Positions 58,357 to 64,000 of a DNA stretch of 64,000 nucleotides are shown one piece after another (positions within the stretch are counted from its first letter, which is position 1; each line of letters opens with the position of its first letter). The DNA lies in the NCBI GenBank assembly GCA_965261395.1, contig OZ253462.1, forward strand, positions 6,368,001 through 6,432,000. Reading direction: 5' to 3'. The notes below the pieces were generated by a model. That model was not told the DNA's origin. It was given only the letters and a program-made list of their open reading frames with translations, and did not search any database. Source of the DNA: Candidatus Latescibacterota bacterium (GTDB lineage: Bacteria > Latescibacterota > UBA2968 > UBA8231). Made by a program: the position numbers and the translations under genes.

Positions 58357-59549
58357 GAATCAACCGGTGTCGCTACCAGTCCCAAGTCCTGACGAACCAC
58401 CCTATTCACATGGCGTATCAGGTGCGCGAGGTCTCCGCAGTATATCGAAGGGTTGGCGAATCCATTCGCTTTCGAGTAACGATGCGGCAAATGTCCTGCG
58501 CCACATACCGGCGCAAGTGAACAGCTAGTGCAGGACGGTGGAAGTTGCTGATGGAGTTCCATGCGCTGACGGACGAAATCCGAGGACAGAACTTCCGCGA
58601 ATGAGGAGGAGACGACGTTCCACTTTCGACCCAGAATGGGCACCCCATGGTCAGTGATCTTCATCACGTCCACGTCTTGGATCTCGCCGTTAGTTTCAAC
58701 AGTGAGGATGGAAAAGTATCCGGGACCGATTCCCTCGGTGCGGCTCTCTCCGCCGAGTGTCAGGTCAAGGACATTCTCGAAAAGTCGAACACGGAGGTCG
58801 CCCTTTGATGCGTACCAAGAGTCAAACGCTCGTTGAAGCCACTTCCCGTAAACGGCAGCGTTGTCTCGTATTCCCGGCTCAGCAATTCCCGGGGGGATAT
58901 TCTCGTATGTTCCATCCGGCAACAAGAAGTCTATGCTGGGAATTCCCATCCGTTGTGCCCAAGTCAGGGTTTCCACGGGGTCTGCCGCAAGATCAACAAC
59001 CGCAAGGACACCCCTGAACATATCCGCGTACCTTGGTTGGCTAGTCATCAACCGGATCGCTCCCTCAACAGCCTGAAAGGTAGGCCGCCCCTGGTGGTCA
59101 ATACGGTGTACGTCATGGGATTGAGGGCCATCGGCACTCACAGCAACCGTCATGTCGTAACTAGCGAAAAGATCAAGCCAAGCAGCGTCAAGCAGTACGC
59201 CGTTGGTTTGAAGGGACATGGAAAGCTGTCGGGATGCGTTGGGGAGTTCATTTCGGACTGCTTCAATGAGCGCCCTGAACCGCTGCTTGCCGAGGAGCAA
59301 AGGCTCCCCGCCATGAAAAACTACTGTAACTTCGTCAAAGCCAGTGTCATCCAGATACTCGGCGAGGCGGCGACCAAAGGCGGTCGCAGTACCAAGCGAC
59401 ATCAGCTTGGGTTGCTCTCGCCATGATTGGTCAGGATGCTCATAGACATAACAATAGTCGCAAGCCAGATTGCACCGGCTTGCGACTTTCAGTAGGAAGC
59501 TCGTCACAAACGGGGATCGCTCGCTCCCTTCAGGCACAGCCCCATTCAT
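58353..59549 (-). CDS. Cyclophane-forming radical SAM/SPASM peptide maturase (FxsB/YhhB-like)
   Basis: LLKVASRCNLACDYCYVY, FHGGEPLL, QTNG, C-terminal CTSC...CGAGHLPHRY...NPSIYC. Confidence 0.9.
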   Translation of the reverse strand: MNGAVPEGSERSPFVTSFLLKVASRCNLACDYCYVYEHPDQSWREQPKLMSLGTATAFGRRLAEYLDDTGFDEVTVVFHGGEPLLLGKQRFRALIEAVRNELPNASRQLSMSLQTNGVLLDAAWLDLFASYDMTVAVSADGPQSHDVHRIDHQGRPTFQAVEGAIRLMTSQPRYADMFRGVLAVVDLAADPVETLTWAQRMGIPSIDFLLPDGTYENIPPGIAEPGIRDNAAVYGKWLQRAFDSWYASKGDLRVRLFENVLDLTLGGESRTEGIGPGYFSILTVETNGEIQDVDVMKITDHGVPILGRKWNVVSSSFAEVLSSDFVRQRMELHQQLPPSCTSCSLAPVCGAGHLPHRYSKANGFANPSIYCGDLAHLIRHVNRVVRQDLGLVATPVDS

Positions 59550-59555
59550 TCGCTA

Positions 59556-59726
59556 CTAGCTCTTGTTGTGCTTATGGTGCTGCCTGTCGTAGCGAACAGC
59601 TACTGCGCTACCCTTGCCTCCGCGCTCTATGACCCGCGCTACTGCGGCTTGGAGTCTATGATTCTCAATAAGAGAGTTGTCCAAGGTCTTGGGATCGATG
59701 TTCGGGAGGGTGGTTTTCTGGCTCAT
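59556..59726 (-). CDS. RiPP precursor peptide, 56 aa (YhhA-like triceptide)
   Basis: Manual translation MSQKTTLPNIDPKTLDNSLIENHRLQAAVARVIERGGKGSAVAVRYDRQHHKHNKS*; AAGGAG RBS; stop 6 nt before the rSAM start; below the ORF-track size cut-off. Confidence 0.88.
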   Translation of the reverse strand: MSQKTTLPNIDPKTLDNSLIENHRLQAAVARVIERGGKGSAVAVRYDRQHHKHNKS

Positions 59727-60226
59727 TTACTAGCTCCTTTCTTTGCGTTCGTTGCTAAAATAAATGGCACCAAGAATTTATTTAGAGCGAATAAATATAT
59801 CTCGTCGGCGTCCTAAGGTCAAGAGCTACTAGTGGGTAGTGACTCAGTTTGAAATCCAGCTTCCGAGAGCCGAAATCAGGCCCGGAACTTGCATAGGCGC
59901 AAAAAGGCGAGGGGAGTAGTGGATCGCCCTACCAGCCTACCGAGGCCGAGGATAACCGAGCGCTAGGGAAAACCCGTGGCGTCCTATCCGTCGAACTTGC
60001 TGATCGGAGTCAAGCCTTTAGTCGATGATCTTCATCGTCTTTTTGTACAACTTCGTCCACTTGTGGAAATGTTCCGCCTTGTGGAGATGTCTAAAAGGAA
60101 ATATCAGTGCTCGGTCGAAAAGTTCCTGAGTTTCATATCTCTCAAACGTTTTTCCGGCCATTATCTTTTTACTTGTGTGGCCAGAAATCGCTCACTGTAG
60201 ATTTTGGGTCATTCAGCCTCCGCAAA

Positions 60227-62446
60227 TTACCCTCCCGTAGCCATGACAGCCGAAGTCTCGCGTTGGGTGTTTACCAGATTGTAGAAAATGCCCTCGCGCG
60301 CCATCAGTTCCTCGTGCGTGCCAACCTCGGCTATTTTGCCCGCGTCGAGGACCACGAGGCGATCCGCGCTGCGCAGCGTCGAGAGCCGGTGGGCAATGGC
60401 AAAAGTCGTGCGGCCTTTGACGAGCCGCTGAATAGCCTCCTGGATCTTCTTCTCGGTCGGCGTGTCGAGCGACGAGGTCGCCTCGTCTAAGATTAGTATC
60501 CTCGGGTCGTGGAGAATGGCCCGCGCAATGGAGATGCGCTGCTTCTCACCGCCGGCCAGCTTGTTGCCCTGCTCCCCGACGACCATGTCGTACCCGTCCG
60601 GCTGTTTGACGATGAACTCGTGGGCGTTGGCCGCGCGGGCCGCGCGCAAAATCTCGTCGAAAGTGGCACCGGGCTTGCCGTAGGCGATGTTTTCGGCAAT
60701 CGTGCCGTTGAACAAAAACGACTGCTGGGCCACCATGCCGATCTGCGAGCGCAGGTCGCGCAGGCGAATGTTGCGGATATCGACCCCGTCGATGGCGAGG
60801 CGGCCATGCGAGACATCGTAAAAGCGCGTGATTAGGTTGATCAGCGTACTCTTGCCCGTCCCAGACTTGCCGACTAGACCGATCATCTCGCCCGGCTGCA
60901 CCACCAAATCGATGTCGCGCAGGACGATTTTGCCTGGGTCGTAGCCAAAGGCCGCGTTCTCAAAGGCGACTTGACCCTCAATCGTGGGGATGCGCTGGGC
61001 ACTGGGATTGTCAAAAGGCTCGGAGGGCGCATCGACGATTTCAAAGATGCGCTCAGCACCGGCAAAGGCCCGCACCATGAAACTGTAGAAGTCGCCAAAC
61101 CACTTGAGCGGGTGGTAGAGCATCCACAGATAGGCGATAAAGGCCATCAACTCCCCTAGCGACAGGTCGCCCTCAACGATCTGCTGACCGCCGAAATACC
61201 ACACGAAGAACCCGCCAAAGCTCATAAAGAAATTGGTCACCATAAAGAAGACCAACCAAGCGCGCTCCGCGCTGACGCTGATTTGGCGCAAGGCGTGGTT
61301 GCGCTGATCAAAGCGCTCGGACTCGCGGTGCTCTTGCGCGAAAGCCTTGACCACGCGGATGCCGGAGATCGACTCGTTGAGATGAGTCGTCAGCCGCGAC
61401 CAGCGCACCGACCAACGGCCCCAGAAGCGTTGCAGGCGATTCCAGATGAGGCTCGAGCCAATGATGATCGGCGGCACCGGGGCCAGCACGTAGAGGGTCA
61501 GCTCCCAGTTCATGTAGAACAGCAGCCCCAAGATGCCGACGATCATCGCGGCATTGGAGACGATGTAGGGCATGTCAAAGAGCAGAAAGTCTTCGACCAT
61601 CTCCGAGTCGTTGTTCATGCGGGAGATCAAAGCGCCGACCTTGCGCTTGTCGTAAAAGCGCAGGGGCAGGTACTGGAGCGCCTTGAACAAGTCCGTGCGC
61701 AAGTGCTCGATGGCGCGGAAGCCGACCCGGGTGTTGAGCCAGCGGCGCACCACGCCGATGCACCACTCGACGACGCCGATGACAAAAAGGCCGCCGACCA
61801 GCCAGTAGAGTAGGTTGATATTAGCGGCGGCACCGGGGACGAGAACGTCGTCGATGAGATGCTTAACGATATAGGGCGGTGCCAGCTCCAGCAGCGAGGA
61901 TAACACGGTCAGACCCAGTAGCAACGCTAGCTGGAGGCGATAGGGCAGCATGTAGCCGATCAGGCGCTTAAAGGTATCGAATTTGGCGATGCAGACCGGG
62001 CATATCCCACCCACCTCGGGCAGGCGGCGCTGGCATTGCTCGCAGTGCGTGCGGTCCAGCTCGTGGGGCAGGTTGAGGTCTTGACCCTCTTTGAGCTGCT
62101 CAATGCCCTCGGCGACCTCGGCGAATTTGGCCGCCAGTGAGTTGGAGTAATACAAATGAGCGGGTGCACCCGCCTCGCGCTCCAGTTCCAAGCGCCCGCC
62201 GCCGACTAGCGCCTCAATGCGGGCAGACTTGACCGCTTGCAGCGCAAACTCCACTTCACCGCTCGCGCCGTTGGGCACGAGGACCATCAGGCGCTCCGAC
62301 GTCACGACCAACCAGCGTTGCTCGAAGCGGTCCTCGCCGGCCATATCCGTGGCGACCTGGATCAAGACTTTTTCCTCGCGGCCCTTGCGCGAGCGAACTT
62401 TGGCTTCGACGGTGTGCGGCAGATTTTCCAAAAAGAAGGTGGACAT
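60227..62446 (-). CDS. ABC exporter, permease + ATP-binding, with N-terminal extension containing CxxC..CxxC
   Basis: [25 protein letters not shown]; CEQC...CPVC. Confidence 0.92.
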   Translation of the reverse strand: MSTFFLENLPHTVEAKVRSRKGREEKVLIQVATDMAGEDRFEQRWLVVTSERLMVLVPNGASGEVEFALQAVKSARIEALVGGGRLELEREAGAPAHLYYSNSLAAKFAEVAEGIEQLKEGQDLNLPHELDRTHCEQCQRRLPEVGGICPVCIAKFDTFKRLIGYMLPYRLQLALLLGLTVLSSLLELAPPYIVKHLIDDVLVPGAAANINLLYWLVGGLFVIGVVEWCIGVVRRWLNTRVGFRAIEHLRTDLFKALQYLPLRFYDKRKVGALISRMNNDSEMVEDFLLFDMPYIVSNAAMIVGILGLLFYMNWELTLYVLAPVPPIIIGSSLIWNRLQRFWGRWSVRWSRLTTHLNESISGIRVVKAFAQEHRESERFDQRNHALRQISVSAERAWLVFFMVTNFFMSFGGFFVWYFGGQQIVEGDLSLGELMAFIAYLWMLYHPLKWFGDFYSFMVRAFAGAERIFEIVDAPSEPFDNPSAQRIPTIEGQVAFENAAFGYDPGKIVLRDIDLVVQPGEMIGLVGKSGTGKSTLINLITRFYDVSHGRLAIDGVDIRNIRLRDLRSQIGMVAQQSFLFNGTIAENIAYGKPGATFDEILRAARAANAHEFIVKQPDGYDMVVGEQGNKLAGGEKQRISIARAILHDPRILILDEATSSLDTPTEKKIQEAIQRLVKGRTTFAIAHRLSTLRSADRLVVLDAGKIAEVGTHEELMAREGIFYNLVNTQRETSAVMATGG

Positions 62447-62455
62447 GGATGATCT

Positions 62456-64000
62456 CTATTCCTTAATGGCGATGATCTCGGCCACTTCTTTTTGCAAATT
62501 GACCAACTCGTAAAAGGTCCCCTGCTTCGCCATAAGTTCCGCGTGCGTCCCCGATTCGACGATGCGACCGTCGTCGAGGACCATCAGCCGGTCGGCGTTG
62601 CGCAACGTCGAAAGCCGGTGGGCAATGGCCACGGTGGTGCGGCCCTCGACGAGCCGCTGAATCGCCTCCTGGATCTGCAACTCGGTCTCCACATCGACCG
62701 AGGCAGTGGCTTCGTCGAGGATCAGTACGCGGGGGTTGTGGAGGATGGCGCGGGCAATGGAGACGCGCTGGCGCTCTCCCCCCGAAAGCCCGGCCCCCTT
62801 CTCTCCGACTTGGGTCTCATAGCCATCGAGCTTGGCCATGATGAAGTTGTGGGCGTTGGCCGCGCGGGCGGCTGCCATGATGTCCGCAAAGGAGGAGCCG
62901 GGCCGGCCGTAGCCGATGTTCTCGGCAATGGTGCCGGAAAAAAGCACCGGCTCCTGCAGCACGATGCCGATCTGCGAGCGCAAGTCGCGCAGGGCGATGC
63001 CGCGGATGTCGATCCCGTCGATCTCAATGGCCCCGTAGTCGACGTCGTAGAAGCGGGCGATGAGGTTGACGGTCGTCGTCTTGCCGACTCCGGATTTGCC
63101 CACGAGGCCGATCATCTCGCCCGGCTGGATGTCCAAGTCAAAGTCCTTCAGCACCGGCTTGCTCTTGTCGTAGCCAAAGGTGACGCCCCGGAAGCGAATG
63201 GCTCCCTGCATCCTCGGCACCCGTTGCGCGGTCGGGTCCTCGTATGCCTCGGGCTGGGTGTCGATGACCTCGAAGATGCGCTCGGCCCCGGCAAAGGCCC
63301 GCGACATCCAGGCGTTGACTTGGCCGAACCACTCCAAGGGGCCGTAAAACAGCCACATATACGAGTAAAAGGCCAACAGCGTGCCCAAGGTCATCTTGCC
63401 TCCGAGGACCTGCTGTCCGCCGAGCAGCCAGACGACCAAGACCCCCAAACCCGTCAAGAACGTGATGGTAGCGAAGAACACGCCGCGATTTATCGCGGTC
63501 TTTTCGGCGACTTCGCGCAGCCTAGCATTGGGCTTGGCAAAGGCCGCTATTTCCCGGTCCTCTTGGGCAAACGCCTTGACCACGCGGATGCCGGCCAGCG
63601 TCTCTACCGTGCGCTCGGTCAGGCCAGACCAGACCTCGCCCCACTTGACGAAGTACCCGCGCAGCCGCTTCCAAAAGATCACCCCCCACAGCATGATCAG
63701 CGGCACGGGCACCAACACGTATAGGCTCAACGACCAACTCATCCAGAACAAAAACCCGAGGATGCCGAAGACCATCAGGCCGTTGATGACGATATAGGGC
63801 AAGCCATCGACGAGGAAGTCCTGCAACATCCCGGCGTCGCGGGTGGCCCGCGAGATGAGAGAGCCGACCTTGCGCTTGTCGTAAAACTGCAAGGACAGCA
63901 TTTCCAACCGGCGATAGAGGAGCGAGCGAATATCCGCGGTGAGCTGCGCGCCGAGCCAAGTCGCAATCCAGCCGTGGGCCCATTCAGCGACCCAAGCAAA
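62456..64000 (-). CDS. ABC exporter, permease + ATP-binding (5' end beyond the window)
   Basis: GKSGVGKT, LSGGERQR, LILDEATA; frame open to the window edge. Confidence 0.92.
   Translation of the reverse strand, partial: FAWVAEWAHGWIATWLGAQLTADIRSLLYRRLEMLSLQFYDKRKVGSLISRATRDAGMLQDFLVDGLPYIVINGLMVFGILGFLFWMSWSLSLYVLVPVPLIMLWGVIFWKRLRGYFVKWGEVWSGLTERTVETLAGIRVVKAFAQEDREIAAFAKPNARLREVAEKTAINRGVFFATITFLTGLGVLVVWLLGGQQVLGGKMTLGTLLAFYSYMWLFYGPLEWFGQVNAWMSRAFAGAERIFEVIDTQPEAYEDPTAQRVPRMQGAIRFRGVTFGYDKSKPVLKDFDLDIQPGEMIGLVGKSGVGKTTTVNLIARFYDVDYGAIEIDGIDIRGIALRDLRSQIGIVLQEPVLFSGTIAENIGYGRPGSSFADIMAAARAANAHNFIMAKLDGYETQVGEKGAGLSGGERQRVSIARAILHNPRVLILDEATASVDVETELQIQEAIQRLVEGRTTVAIAHRLSTLRNADRLMVLDDGRIVESGTHAELMAKQGTFYELVNLQKEVAEIIAIKE

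Noticed and set aside
59895-59975. GGGGAGTAG-containing segment as a yybP-ykoY riboswitch
   Set aside because: Other conserved elements are missing and it is on the wrong strand for the downstream RiPP genes.

Overview
GC-rich bacterial chromosomal window. The C-terminal 'QNxPNPFN' FlgD-Ig tail and overall gene content would fit an FCB/Latescibacterota-like lineage, but this is inference only. Core metabolic genes (PLP aminotransferase, pncB/pncA NAD salvage, hisI, hydroxyacid-oxoacid transhydrogenase, murB, glcF) alternate with four accessory blocks. (1) A 4.3-21.3 kb defence island: STAND-like ATPase, NYN RNase, ABC-ATPase+DUF3226 pair, HicAB, Fic, Rpn, an IS-disrupted SEFIR/TIR gene, and a type I R-M locus with two diverged HsdM-HsdS fusion copies plus a third hsdS 3' remnant. 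(2) A 25-31 kb block between two copies of the same sigma70 promoter module, carrying a Phd-VapC pair and a dimethylformamidase-like catabolic operon. (3) A decaying integrated plasmid-like element (about 32.2-43.7 kb): broken Rep-like gene, four 22-bp iterons, DUF6883 plus a DUF4926::SNF2-helicase fusion, IS630, and a compact 2TM / TIR / multi-TM cassette. (4) A 4.2-kb RiPP island between 292-bp direct repeats in the 3' end of an ABC transporter gene. It encodes a 56-aa precursor missed by the ORF track (core YDRQHHKHNKS), a cyclophane-type radical SAM, an HExxH protein and an unusual ParB/Srx-like::2OG-Fe(II) oxygenase fusion. Two IS5/IS903-like copies (identical transposases), each with its own 9-bp TSD, disrupt genes. 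No rRNA, tRNA or CRISPR array was recognised. All family assignments come from motif recognition by eye, not from database searches.
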